A stretch of DNA of 63,640 nucleotides, the filler included, from Saprolegnia diclina VS20 (lineage: Eukaryota), in NCBI RefSeq assembly GCF_000281045.1. It is 7 parts of 4 records of this genome, joined end to end, with 100 filler letters (N's around TTAATTAATTAA, not from the genome) between each part and the next. Parts side by side here need not be neighbours in the genome. Positions count along the whole stretch, not along the records: positions 23,648 to 52,607 come from NW_008246151.1; positions 52,708 to 59,550 come from NW_008246152.1; 5 more parts are not named here. One strand, given 5' to 3'. Position numbers and translations under genes: made by a program. Each line of letters opens with the position of its first letter. Within the stretch, counting starts at the first letter, position 1. Shown in pieces: positions 47,249 through 58,626 of this stretch. The notes below the pieces were generated by a model. The model searched no databases, was not told where the DNA came from, and was given only the letters and a program-made list of their open reading frames with translations.

Positions 47249-50200
47249 CTAGTCTTGGAGCGGTACGGCCGAGCGCCACGACCCGGCGTGCACCTCGGTG
47301 TCGGGGATGCTTGGCATGCGCAACGCGACGAAGCGCCAGAGCTTGAAGTCGAGTGCATACATGCGGCCGCGATAGCGAAGCGTGAGCAAGCCCGTGATCG
47401 CCGCCGACGCGCGGTCCAGAAAGTAGACGCCGTTGGACGTCCGGCTCGAGTGTTCAAAGAGGTACTTGGCGCCAGACGAGAAGAGGAGCGACGTGGCTTC
47501 GCACGCTCGCGGCTTGCGGCTGCGGAAGAAAATGAACCGAGTGCCGCAATAACACAGTACATTCCATCCCAACACGATGCCGACCAAGACGCCGAGGCGC
47601 TCGACCTGGCCAATCTCAATGGTGCCGCCGCGGCAGACGACCTGGAGATCGACCTGCGGCAGGTCGCAGTCAAGGCCGAGACGCGTCGTCGGCGCCACGG
47701 GCGCAGCGAACGAGAGGGCGGCGGCCGTGACCCACACGGCTACGCTGTTGAACGTCGCATAGTACGCCGTGTAGCCTCTCGTGAAGACGATCATAATGTC
47801 GTTGACAACCGCGACGAGCCACGTGACCTCGCTCGCGGCGAGCAGCGTCTTGTACCACGGCATGGTCACAATAGCGAGCGTCGAGACGCGGCCCGAGAAG
47901 CCGAGGGTGACCGTGCTCGTCGAGAGAAGCGTGAGGGCCGTGACGCTTCGCAGCAGCAGGAACGGTCGACCGATCCAAACGTGGCCGCCGACACGCGCCA
48001 GCTCGAGCATGTTGAGGCCTTGGATGTGGCCGCGCGCCGCGACAATGTAGCCGCCCGTGATGACCGCGAGGACGATCATGACAAACGTGACGTAGAGCAC
48101 GCCCGCGCGAAAGTAGCGCGCGATGTTTGTCGACACTTCCCACGCCAGCACGTCCTGCGCCAGCGGCGCCTGGAGCTCCGAGATCAGGTTGAGATGCCCG
48201 ACGTCCCCGACGAACGCGACGACCTCCCGCTGCCCCATGGCCCAGTCAAAGATATAGTTCCACCCGAAAAACGAATACGTTGCGTCGTTGCTGTTGACGA
48301 TGTTGATGTGCCAGAGCTCAATCGGGGAGGTGGGCGTGAGGCTCGCCCAGACCATGGCCCGGATGTCCATGGCTGCGATCTGCGCTGCGAGCGCTGCGAC
48401 CGTTGACGCCGCCACGTCATACTTGTGCGCGCTGAGAAAGGCGGCGAGCGTCACGGGGTAGGCGCCGACGCACGACCCGAGGTTGAATGCGTCGTTGGCG
48501 CACACCGCATCGAGCGACGGGAGCCGCACCATCGTGGCCATAAACACGTAAGCGTCGCGCGTCGGCTGGAGCAATCCCGACGTCGGTGCCCCCGACGAGC
48601 ACGCAGCGTCAAACGAAAAGAACTGCCGCGGGCCCTTGAGTTTCGAGCCGGCGGTTCGCGCGGCGCCGGGGCAGAGGGGGGACCCGCCGTATCCGATGGG
48701 TACGAGCTGAAGCCATGCCAGCGGCAGCGGGTACGAGGTCACGATCGGCGTCACGTTGAAGTAGAGGGCTTCGGCGGCCGCGCTGTTGGCCACAGTCGAT
48801 CGCACGTGCGCCAAGAGGTCGACGATGAAGGTGGCGAGCGCGGGTGGTACCGGCACGTACGTCATGTCAATAGTACCAAACGGACCGAGCGCCGTCGTCG
48901 TCAGGATCGCAAAGGCCTCGGGCAGCGGTGCCGCGAGCGTGCCATTGGTCATCATGACCGACTGCAGCGTCGTGGACGAGTTGACGAATGCATAGTTGCT
49001 GCTGCCGCGCACGAGGCTCTGTCCGCCAATGCCACTCGCATTGAACGCGACCGCACCGAGGTCATGGCCCAGTCCCCAGTACATTTTGTAGGACGTTTGC
49101 TGCGCCGTGCGGAACGTCCCGTTCTGCGCCTGGAGCGTCAGCGGGTACGCGACGCCGTACGCATTCACGATCGCGTAGCTGTTGAGCACGCCGATGCGCT
49201 TGTAGTTTTGCCACTGCACGTCGTACGAGCTAATCTTGGCACTGGCCCAGTACGCAACTTCATCGCCGATCGAAGCCTTGGTCGGCGACGCGAGCTTGTT
49301 CAAAAGCGCGACGCCGTCGCCCGTCGCCGACAGCGCGCGGCCGATCGCAATGTCGAACGCGTCGCCCCAGCACGCGCTCCACGAAGTCGCATCGATGTTG
49401 CGCAGAAGCAGCTCGAGAAAGACGGCGCCGTTAGTCACTTGCGTCGCGCACCGCGCCTGGCGGGCTTGGCTGTGGGCGAGCTCCCACTTGCGAGCCACGT
49501 CCACGTAGCAGTAGGGCGTGAAGATCCACGGTGCGTTGCACGCGTCCGTCGAGCGCAGTCCCTCGATGGCGGTCACCACCTGCTGGGCATGCTGCAGCTT
49601 GGCGCCAAAGTTGACGGGCGCCGAGACGAGCGCGGTGGTCGCGCCAAAGTAGGCCGGTAGCGCCACTTGCTGCAAGGCGACGTTGTCCGAAGCGACGCCG
49701 AGCACGAGCTGCTCGTTGAACCAGTTGGCGATGAACGCGTGTGCGCCCGTCGAGTTGAAGCTGGCCCAGAACACGTCGTTGGCCATGTTGGTCGCCGACA
49801 CTTGGACGTACGAGACGCTGCCCGCGATGGACGCGAGGATGTAGGCAAACCCGCCGAGGGCTGCGAGCCACGCGATCGCGATGGTCGTGGACGTCGACTT
49901 GCGAAGCGAAGAGCCGAGCGTCGATGCGGTGCGATTGGAGCCCTCCAAGGAGGGCGTCTCGAGCGCGACGCCACGCAGCGTCGGAAGCCCATTGGGCAAA
50001 ACGACCCAGAGCGGCATGTCAAAGAGGCGTCGACGGAGCGGAAGGACGCCGGTGAGGACACACGAGACGTCGTCCAGGACTGCGACCGCGTCGGTGGACT
50101 CTGGGAGCGGCGTTAAAAACGTGAGAGCCGCGCCCGAAAGCAGCAAGTTCTTGGTCGACGCCGTCGTCGCCCGCGGCAGCCAGCGCAGCCCGGCGCCAAA

Positions 50201-52573
50201 CGCAACCAGTGGCACCGCCAACTGAACAGCGAGAAGCGTAAAAAAGCGCGGGGCCGACCCGAGCGCCACCGACGCGCTGGAGCACGCGACAGCGTAGTCC
50301 ATGTTGGTGCTGTCGCAGACGCGGGCGATGGTCCCGACGGGCGAGAGCGGCGCGACTTGGTCGAGGATGAGAAACGCGAGCCAGAGCGCGCACGAGACGA
50401 CGGGGCCGACGCGGGCCGTCACGGGCGCGTGCACGATGACCATAACGTCTTGGACCACGTACGTCACCCACGTCGCCTCGGCCGCGACGATCGCCGACGC
50501 GAGGAACCCGCGCGGAGATAGCGCGAGACGCGTGACGCCATTCTCGACCAGCAGCTCTAGGCGCGTGGAGCTGAGGAGGCAGGCGGCCGCCGCGCCGCGT
50601 AGAAACAGCAGCGGCCGACCGACCCACGTGGCCCCAGCGACGCGGTTGAAGAAGGCGAGGTTGCGGCCGACGATGCCGAGCGACGCGTACCAAAGGCAGA
50701 GCAGCGCGACTAAGGCCAAGATGGCGCTCGTGGCCGCGATGAGGTAGACGAGAACGACGGTCGCCTTCTCAATGTACCGGTTGCCGCTGCTCGTAGGCAC
50801 GACCTTGGGCGTCAGCGCCGCCGACATGAGCACCATCGTAGTGACATCCGCTTCGAGTTGCAAGACCTCGCGGCGACCCAGGACCCAGTCGTAGAGCATC
50901 GCGCTGCCGTAGAACGACCAGGCAGGCGACGTCGTGTCGAGCAGCGGCTGACGCAGGAGCTCCCCGTTGACGCCGCGAAACGAAAACTGCATGAGTTCGG
51001 GGCCAATGGCGAGGACCGCTGTCATGGCGTCCGCAGTCGGCACCGCGGCGCCGACGGCCGTCGCAAGTGTCGTCGCCACCGAGAGAAGATGAATGCACTC
51101 TGCGCGGCGCGTCGACGACAGCGCGCACGCGTCCGAAGCCGCCGGCGCCTGAAACTGAAGCGCTAAGACGAGACTGTTCGGGTCATCCAACGACACGGCG
51201 AGCGGCGCGCCCGAGTTGCATGCGTCAAAGAAGTTGATCGTCTCCTGCGCGAACGCGGTGCCAGCGTTGCGCGTGCAACCCGGGTTGCCGCCGTAGTAGA
51301 CACGCGTGCTATCCGCTGTCCACGCTGGCGGCTGCGGCGTGAGCACCACAGCCTTGGCGCGCACCAGGTCGTACTGCGCTTTGAGGTCGCGCTTGCTTGT
51401 GATGGCGTTGGCGACAACCGCCTGCACGGCGTCATAGACCTTGCGAAGTGCGGGCGGTGGCGCCACGTAAACGATGTCGACCGTCAAGAACGGCCCGATC
51501 GTGTCGTGAAAGAGCTGCGGCACCGGGTCGAACGTGCCGTCGGCGCGGCTGTTGCCGTTGATGAGCGCGAGGTTGTTGCGCGTTCGATTGAGCCCAAACC
51601 AGTTGGACGACGACGCAATGAGGCTGCGGTTGAAGGTCCACATGGCCCAGAGGTCGTTGAGCGGCTGCCAATACATGTTCTCCGAGCTCCACGGACCCGA
51701 AGCCGTCGCCGCGCTCTTGACGGCAAACGTGTGCGGCATCCCGAGCGCGTTCAAGATCGTAAACGATTCGGTGATGCCCGTCTCGGTCTTGTCTTGCCAC
51801 AGCATCTCAAAACGCTGGACGCCAAACGACGTCCAGTACGCGACCTCGTCGGCCGCCGAGTGCGTCGGAAGCGCGGCGGCCGTCGTCGCCAGCCACTGCT
51901 GCCCGGCGCTGGTCGCTTGGAGCGGCCCGAGGAGACCGATCGAGAAGGCCTTGCCGGGCCCGGCCCAAAACCCGAGAAAGTTGCTCCACACTTGGTTGCG
52001 GAGCGTCGCTTCGAGGTACACGGCGGCGTTGGTCGCGTACTTGGTCGCGCACCGCGCCTGCCGCGCCTCCGTGTGCGCAATCTCAAACGACTTGTTGAAG
52101 TCCACGTAGCAGTGCTGCGTGTTCATGCGCAGCGACCACGCCGGTGAGAGCGTCCGAAGGTTGCGCACCGCGTACTCGAGCGACTGGAGTTCGTGGAGCA
52201 CAAACTGGCGCGCATACGCCGGGTACACGAGGCTCGACGAGACGGGCGACGTGTACGACTTGACCATGACGGCGCTCAGCAGATCCAGGGGCGCGCCGTC
52301 CGGAAGGCCCGGGTGCAACAGCTTGTTGGCCACGTCCACGATAAACGCTTCGTGGCCGCTGAGGTTGTAGCCGGCCCACCACATGTCGTTCGCAAACGTC
52401 TCGCCGAGCTGGACGACGTACCAGAAGCCACTGGCAATCGACACGAGCATGTAGCCGAGGCCGAGCAGCGCTTCGAGCTTGCCCCAGCGCTTTGTTGGCA
52501 GCGTAGCCAGCGTCGGCGACGCCGCGATCGGCTCGGCGGGACGCACGCGGAGGCTCATTACCGGCGGTTCCAT
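47249..52573 (-). CDS. Very large multi-pass membrane protein with two tandem homologous modules (Saprolegniales-expanded family)
   Basis: 1,781-codon intronless ORF with paired motifs ANDMWWAGYN/ANDVFWASFN, CYVDF...AHTEARQARC/CYVDV...AHSQARQARC and WVGRPLLFLRG/WIGRPFLLLRS. The start lies near the contig edge. Confidence 0.85.
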   Translation of the reverse strand: MEPPVMSLRVRPAEPIAASPTLATLPTKRWGKLEALLGLGYMLVSIASGFWYVVQLGETFANDMWWAGYNLSGHEAFIVDVANKLLHPGLPDGAPLDLLSAVMVKSYTSPVSSSLVYPAYARQFVLHELQSLEYAVRNLRTLSPAWSLRMNTQHCYVDFNKSFEIAHTEARQARCATKYATNAAVYLEATLRNQVWSNFLGFWAGPGKAFSIGLLGPLQATSAGQQWLATTAAALPTHSAADEVAYWTSFGVQRFEMLWQDKTETGITESFTILNALGMPHTFAVKSAATASGPWSSENMYWQPLNDLWAMWTFNRSLIASSSNWFGLNRTRNNLALINGNSRADGTFDPVPQLFHDTIGPFLTVDIVYVAPPPALRKVYDAVQAVVANAITSKRDLKAQYDLVRAKAVVLTPQPPAWTADSTRVYYGGNPGCTRNAGTAFAQETINFFDACNSGAPLAVSLDDPNSLVLALQFQAPAASDACALSSTRRAECIHLLSVATTLATAVGAAVPTADAMTAVLAIGPELMQFSFRGVNGELLRQPLLDTTSPAWSFYGSAMLYDWVLGRREVLQLEADVTTMVLMSAALTPKVVPTSSGNRYIEKATVVLVYLIAATSAILALVALLCLWYASLGIVGRNLAFFNRVAGATWVGRPLLFLRGAAAACLLSSTRLELLVENGVTRLALSPRGFLASAIVAAEATWVTYVVQDVMVIVHAPVTARVGPVVSCALWLAFLILDQVAPLSPVGTIARVCDSTNMDYAVACSSASVALGSAPRFFTLLAVQLAVPLVAFGAGLRWLPRATTASTKNLLLSGAALTFLTPLPESTDAVAVLDDVSCVLTGVLPLRRRLFDMPLWVVLPNGLPTLRGVALETPSLEGSNRTASTLGSSLRKSTSTTIAIAWLAALGGFAYILASIAGSVSYVQVSATNMANDVFWASFNSTGAHAFIANWFNEQLVLGVASDNVALQQVALPAYFGATTALVSAPVNFGAKLQHAQQVVTAIEGLRSTDACNAPWIFTPYCYVDVARKWELAHSQARQARCATQVTNGAVFLELLLRNIDATSWSACWGDAFDIAIGRALSATGDGVALLNKLASPTKASIGDEVAYWASAKISSYDVQWQNYKRIGVLNSYAIVNAYGVAYPLTLQAQNGTFRTAQQTSYKMYWGLGHDLGAVAFNASGIGGQSLVRGSSNYAFVNSSTTLQSVMMTNGTLAAPLPEAFAILTTTALGPFGTIDMTYVPVPPALATFIVDLLAHVRSTVANSAAAEALYFNVTPIVTSYPLPLAWLQLVPIGYGGSPLCPGAARTAGSKLKGPRQFFSFDAACSSGAPTSGLLQPTRDAYVFMATMVRLPSLDAVCANDAFNLGSCVGAYPVTLAAFLSAHKYDVAASTVAALAAQIAAMDIRAMVWASLTPTSPIELWHINIVNSNDATYSFFGWNYIFDWAMGQREVVAFVGDVGHLNLISELQAPLAQDVLAWEVSTNIARYFRAGVLYVTFVMIVLAVITGGYIVAARGHIQGLNMLELARVGGHVWIGRPFLLLRSVTALTLLSTSTVTLGFSGRVSTLAIVTMPWYKTLLAASEVTWLVAVVNDIMIVFTRGYTAYYATFNSVAVWVTAAALSFAAPVAPTTRLGLDCDLPQVDLQVVCRGGTIEIGQVERLGVLVGIVLGWNVLCYCGTRFIFFRSRKPRACEATSLLFSSGAKYLFEHSSRTSNGVYFLDRASAAITGLLTLRYRGRMYALDFKLWRFVALRMPSIPDTEVHAGSWRSAVPLQD

Positions 52574-52607
52574 GTCCCTTGGCGCCAAAACCACAAATGA
52601 CGCTAGA

Positions 52608-52707
52608 NNNNNNNNNNNNNNNNNNNNNNNNNNNNNNNNNNNNNNNNNNNNTTAATTAATTAANNNNNNNNNNNNNNNNNNNNNNNNNNNNNNNNNNNNN
52701 NNNNNNN
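52608..52707. other. Artificial contig-joining linker
   Basis: N44-TTAATTAATTAA-N44. Confidence 0.97.
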
Positions 52708-53827
52708 ACATGCAGTGCGTCGGCCTCGAGACCACGCCCGAGACATGGTATGTTCCATCTTTCGTCATGGCCATTGTCAAGTCTCAGCATCAATAGGCTC
52801 TGTCCGCTCTGTCGGCCGCGAGCTGCAGCATCCTCCGAGTTGGTGCCAGAGAATTGTACAACAAGCCATCCAGTGTATAGATTCTGTATCGTCTTGTTCT
52901 AGTGTTTCGCAAGCCGGCGCTCAGCACAACTTACGGCGACATGATCTCGCACGCGCTTCGTTCTATGCCCCGCGGCGAGGTAGATGCGACTTGATTCCTT
53001 GATACTTTTGCGCCAACGGGAATGCGCAGGGAACGTTCAAAGACATTTGCGAGTACATTGAAGCGCAGTATGAAAGTCAGCTCAACTGGAAGCTCGAAAG
53101 GTATATACACATAGTCAATAGCGCTGTCGACTGATGGACGATCGTCGCTAGCGACCAGCGCAAGTCGCCCGTGTGGAAGTCGTCGGTGCGAAAAATCCTG
53201 TTTTCAAACTCGCGTTTCAAGCGACATGCGATCATCAAGGGCGTGTTCTGCCTCGTGCCGTCAGCAGCAGCGTAGATAGAGCACAGACAAGTTGTCATTG
53301 ATAACGACGACGGATTCGTTATTGGTTGAGAAGGACATTGGGCTAGAGATAGCTCAACGGCGCTAACCTCTCGACGGGGTAGACGCAGCATCGAATAAGC
53401 TTCCGCTACTAGTATGTCACTTGATACTTGTAGTAACGTTACCCAGTCATTCCACAGCCGCAGCGACCTCTGCAAATGAGTGTCGTTCGTAGTGCTCAAG
53501 CCTACCAGTTGCCAGTAGTCTAGCCTTCTCAAACCAGTGGACTGCGCAGCTTTTCGAATCCACGATATCAGTACAGAATTCCAGTACAGTGTGTCGCAAG
53601 CCTCGAATTGCTGAGTTGTTCAAGCAGCGTTGGTGATGGTCCCAGAGACTATCGGGAAACACAAACGTCTCGCAAATGTACCTCAAAATGGGTTTAAACT
53701 TGATACTTGTATACTTGTTGTTGTAATGCGACAATATTACGACGAATGGGCCGTCGTTTTTTATCCGGATGCGATTGGTTGTCAAAAGCGCAACGCCGGC
53801 AAGGGACGCCACTTGCAAACCATCGAG

Positions 53828-54689
53828 ATGGACGACGAGGCAGGCTTCACCAAGTTCGTTAGCGGCGATACCGTCTACGCCCGCGCGCGCCGCCTCCACC
53901 GCGCGACGACCGGCCGTACGACCAAGCGCTTCGTCGCCAACTGGGACCTCGAAATTTACCTCGAGACCATGCGTCGGACGCCGCCGCCGCCGGTGAACCG
54001 TCACGTGCGAGACGCCGCCCGCANNNNNNNNNNNNNNNNNNNNNNNNNNNNNNNNNNNNNNNNNNNNNNNNNNNNNNNNNNNNNNNNNNNNNNNNNNNNN
54101 NNNNNNNNNNNNNNNNNNNNNNNNNNNNNNNNNNNNNNNNNNNNNNNNNNNNNNNNNNNNNNNNNNNNNNNNNNNNNNNNNNNNNNNNNNNNNNNNNNNN
54201 NNNNNNNNNNNNNNNNNNNNNNNNNNNNNNNNNNNNNNNNNNNNNNNNNNNNNNNNNNNNNNNNNNNNNNNNNNNNNNNNNNNNNNNNNNNNNNTGACGG
54301 CCAACGACCGCGCGGCGCTGGAGGCGCTGGCGGCGGCCAAAGACACGACCGACTATGCTGCCGAGTCGGCCACCGCGGCCAAGAAGTTTATGCAGCGAAT
54401 CCACAAGTCGGAAACGCACGGGTGCGCGAGCTTTAGCGAGTACCTTCGCTGGGACCGGCGGCGGTTCCACGACTATGGCTGTGAGAAGCGCAATTTGAAG
54501 CCCGACTGGGCAGGCGAGTACGACGACGACACGGCTGCGGCTGCCGACGCGATGCAAGAGATGCATCTGGATGCGTCGTCTGAAGCGCAAGAGAACGAGC
54601 TTGAGAACGACCTGCGTGATGAAGACGAAGATTATGATTTTTGCGACGACATACCCGACACCAACGCTGGCAGCCCCCGACGTACTTAA
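53828..54689 (+). CDS. Tandem family copy 1 (unknown function; spans N gap 54024-54293)
   Basis: MDDEAGFTKFVSGDTVYARARRLHRATTGRTTKRF... before the gap and IHKSETHG...DYDFCDD after it. Confidence 0.75.
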
Positions 54690-55048
54690 TAATTACAACA
54701 CAAACATGTATTAATATTGACATATGCGCTTTGGCTTGCGCACGATTCTAACATTGTACAACCTACTAATGTCCAGAACCCCCAACACAAGTATTCCAAG
54801 GGCTAAGAAAGCGGCCCATCTGTCATGTCGTCCTCCCCGCAGGTGGCGCGCGATCCTTCCAGCTCTAGTCAACTGAGCAACAGTCAAGGCAACCAAGCCA
54901 TTTCATTCAAGTTTGGGGCAGCTATCGTGCGGATCGTGCAGCGCAGCCGGTTGAGATTGATTCCAAAAACCGTGTTTTGAGTGATGGTGTCATGTGAGAT
55001 CGAGAGGCTCGGCTCAATCCGTCACTCACTTCTTCCTCAACACCCTGT

Positions 55049-55875
55049 ATGGAGTGCGAAGTAGGCTTCACCAAGTTTATCGATGGCGATACCGTCTACG
55101 CCCGCGCGCGCCGCCTCCACCGCGCGACAACCGGCCGTACGACCAAGCGCTTCGTCGCCAACNNNNNNNNNNNNNNNNNNNNNNNNNNNNNNNNNNNNNN
55201 NNNNNNNNNNNNNNNNNNNNNNNNNNNNNNNNNNNNNNNNNNNNNNNNNNNNNNNNNNNNNNNNNNNNNNNNNNNNNNNNNNNNNNNNNNNNNNNNNNNN
55301 NNNNNNNNNNNNNNNNNNNNNNNNNNNNNNNNNNNNNNNNNNNNNNNNNNNNNNNNNNNNNNNNNNNNNNNNNNNNNNNNNNNNNNNNNNNNNNNNNNNN
55401 NNNNNNNNNNNNNNNNNNNNNNNNNNNNNNNNNNNNNNNNNNNNNNNNNNNNNNNNNNNNNNNNNNNNNNNNNNNNNNNNNNNNNNNNNNNNNNNNNNNN
55501 NNNNNNNNNNNNNNNNNNNNNNNNNNNNNNNNNNNNNNNNNNNNNNNNNNNNNNNNNNNNNNNNNNNNNNNNNNNNNNNNNNNNNNNNNNNNNNNNNNNN
55601 NNNNNNNNNNNNNNNNNNNNNNNNNNNNNNNNNNNNNNNNNNNNNNNNNNNNNNNNNNNNNNNNNNNNNNNNNNNNNNNNNNNNNNNNNNNNNNNNNNNN
55701 NNNNNNNNNNNNNNNNNACACCGATGCAGCCAACGACCTCGCTGCGGCTGCTGCAGAAGACGAAGAAGCGACCGCGACATGGCATGAAGGTGTAGCGCGC
55801 ATTGAGAATGGTTCCCCAATGGATGACGACTACGACTTTTGCGACGACTTTGATCCACACCACTCAATACAATAA
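55049..55875 (+). CDS. Tandem family copy 2 (mostly N gap 55163-55717)
   Basis: MECEVGFTKFIDGDTVYARARRLHRATTGRTTKRF before the gap and DDDYDFCDD after it. Confidence 0.6.
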
Positions 55876-56466
55876 TAATCATGTGAATAAGAGTGGGTTT
55901 CGCGTTAATCCTTCTGTTACTCTTTGGAGTTTCAAAGACTTTGAAGACGTAGAGACCAGCCATCGCTTACTCAACTCGATCGCTGGACCATGACCATCGC
56001 GCTCGTCTGTCGTTACCCGGGATGTAGAATAAAGAGCTCACACAATTGGCTGCATGGAAGGCAGATCGTGCAAGTGCAAGTGTGGGTGACAGAGACAAAA
56101 CCATCGTGGCCAATATCCGAACAAACAGAGACGGAGTGACAACACCTGCGGATCCAAATGATTCGCACGTTCTGCGTACAAAGAAGGAATCCGCCGACGG
56201 GACTAAAGGCGGTCGGTTGCCTTCGTGCCTTGTGATGACATTCGTTGGCATCGCCTTTCGTGCATGCTCATGTGGGTTCACCACTCGCGACCGAGAGTAT
56301 CCGGATAGGTCGCCAACAGATGTTGCCCAGGCTGAATAGTGTGCAGTTGCACGGAGCAACGTGCGGTTGTGCTCGAAGCTCGGCCCTTTCGTGAGTGATG
56401 GTTCTCTTCAGAACATTTTGGGAGTGTCTAGCATTCTTCAATTGTCCCCATCGAACTGCCATCATC

Positions 56467-57348
56467 ATGTTTCAGGACGAAGCCGGCTTTACCAAGTTTA
56501 TCGATGGCAACACGGTGTACGCGCGGGCGCGCCGCTTGTATCGCGCGACCTCGGGCCGCACGACCAAGCGCTTTCTCGAGCCGGGATACGACATTGAATG
56601 CTCCTACGAGGAGATGCGCCGGACGCCGCCGCCGGTCGTTGCGCCGTACATCAAAGCCACCGCCCACGATCTCCTTGCGCGACTCGAGAAGAACCAAATC
56701 TACTTCCCCAACGCCCGCGACCTCGACGATCTGGAAGCTCTGGGTCTTCCCCGCGTGTCATCGCTAGACCAGCTGCCACGTCATCACATTGATCAGATTT
56801 TGACCCGCGACGGCTCACGCTGCCCAAGCGCCCACAAGGTGGCCGTGCGCTTGAGCAAGGCGCTGCGGCGACTGGTCTACGAACGCGAGGCCATGCGAAT
56901 TGTCGGCATTCCTGGCTTGTTTCTGTACCAAGTGGCCCCGTTCCGAGGTCGCTTGGAGACCGCAGCCGCCGATGCCGACACGACCGACTATGCAGCCGAA
57001 GCGGCCAAGTCGGCCAAAGACCTCTTGCGGCGTATCCACAAGTGCCAAAGCCACGGCGGTCCGTGCTTTAGCGCCAGTTGCCGGCGCCAGTGTCGGCGCG
57101 ACCACGAACGCGCGTCCGGCAATCGCAAGCGCAACCGCAACATCAACTACTACAGTGATTTTGAAGATGACCAAGCCGGTGCCATGGACGCATATTACGA
57201 CCAGTGTGCGGATGCCGTCGTGTACTATTACACGAAATGCTGGTGTCTCGGGCAGCCGAGCGACAGCGACTCGGACGACGACGACTACGATCTTTGCACC
57301 GACGTCGAGCCACTACCGACGCCTCCCACGTCGTGCACAATTACTTAA
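56467..57348 (+). CDS. Tandem family copy 3 (complete, ~293 aa)
   Basis: Intact ORF carrying all family motifs. Confidence 0.85.
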   Translation: MFQDEAGFTKFIDGNTVYARARRLYRATSGRTTKRFLEPGYDIECSYEEMRRTPPPVVAPYIKATAHDLLARLEKNQIYFPNARDLDDLEALGLPRVSSLDQLPRHHIDQILTRDGSRCPSAHKVAVRLSKALRRLVYEREAMRIVGIPGLFLYQVAPFRGRLETAAADADTTDYAAEAAKSAKDLLRRIHKCQSHGGPCFSASCRRQCRRDHERASGNRKRNRNINYYSDFEDDQAGAMDAYYDQCADAVVYYYTKCWCLGQPSDSDSDDDDYDLCTDVEPLPTPPTSCTIT

Positions 57349-57762
57349 TTTATTCTGGTACATTTCAGTTGAGCTTATGTAGGGTGTGGTCCTCGACCGT
57401 CGTCATTGCTCGACGACTGGACGTGATGCTGGCAGATTCCTTACACAAAATCTAGCCCACCAGTACAACTGCAAGAGCAGTGCAGCATGCCGATATACCA
57501 GCACACCGTATCGGACTGCACTCGATCAAAAGGGTATCCAAAAGATAGTTTGTATACCTCGGTAAATCGCGTCATATGCGCCCTCACAATAGCTCCTGTC
57601 GAATCCACTTTAGTTTCTTTTGAATACAAATACACGTTCCACGTCGCGGCTGTTGGTTGCCCAGTTTGCTGTTGGTTGTTGGATCGTGAAAGTGAAGGTC
57701 TTTTTATCATGAGTGATGGTTTTGGATCGCACGCAGCACCACAACGCATTTGCTAAACATTG

Positions 57763-58626
57763 ATGGAGGAGGCAGGCTTCACCAAGTTTATCAGCGGCGA
57801 CATTGTGTACGCTCGTGCGCGCCGCCTCCACCGCGCGACGACCGGCCGTACGACCAAGCGCTTTGTGAGCAACTGGGCACTCGAAGACTACCTCGCGACC
57901 ATGCGCCGGACGCCGCCACCGGTCGTCGCGCCGTTCATCAAAGACACTGCCCGCGACCTTCTGGCGCGGCTTGAGAACCACAAAGTCTACTTGCCCGATG
58001 ACCGCGATCTCGACGACCTCAAGACGCTGGGTCTTCCACGCGTGTTGTCCCTCGAAGCGTTGCCACAGCATCAAATCGAGCAAATTCTGGCCCGCGACGG
58101 TTTGCGCAGCCCGAGCGCGCACAAGGTGGCAGTGCGATTGAGCAAGAAGCTGCGACAATTGCAGTGCGAGCGCGAGGCCATGCGCATTGTCGGCCTTCCA
58201 GGGATGCTACTGCACCGCGTCACGACCCGGGTCCGATGCACACTGCAAGAGCTGGCGGCGAACAGGGATTCAACAGACTATGCAGCGGAAGCCGCCGCCG
58301 CAGCCAAGCAGTTTTGCCGACGCATCCACAAGTCTGAGACCCACGGCGACTGCAGCTTTGGCAATAGTTGTCGGCTGGATCGTCGACGAACGCATGACTG
58401 GGGTTGTGGCAAGCGCCCTCTCAAGACCAACTGGTGCAGTGACTATGAAGACGACATCGCGGCGAACGCAGATGCCCTCGACGACATGTGGGATGCCAAC
58501 AACAACTACAACGACGAGGAGGAATGCAACCTTGAAACGAACGGCAGCGACGACGAATACGACCTCTGTGCCGACGTGGTCGCAACACCGACGCCCATGC
58601 CTCAGGCTATGTGTGCGATTAGCTAA
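57763..58626 (+). CDS. Tandem family copy 4 (complete, ~287 aa)
   Basis: Intact ORF carrying all family motifs. Confidence 0.85.
   Translation: MEEAGFTKFISGDIVYARARRLHRATTGRTTKRFVSNWALEDYLATMRRTPPPVVAPFIKDTARDLLARLENHKVYLPDDRDLDDLKTLGLPRVLSLEALPQHQIEQILARDGLRSPSAHKVAVRLSKKLRQLQCEREAMRIVGLPGMLLHRVTTRVRCTLQELAANRDSTDYAAEAAAAAKQFCRRIHKSETHGDCSFGNSCRLDRRRTHDWGCGKRPLKTNWCSDYEDDIAANADALDDMWDANNNYNDEEECNLETNGSDDEYDLCADVVATPTPMPQAMCAIS

Noticed and set aside
47099..49660. 435-aa and 411-aa plus-strand ORFs
   Set aside because: Antisense shadows of the 1,781-aa membrane protein gene.
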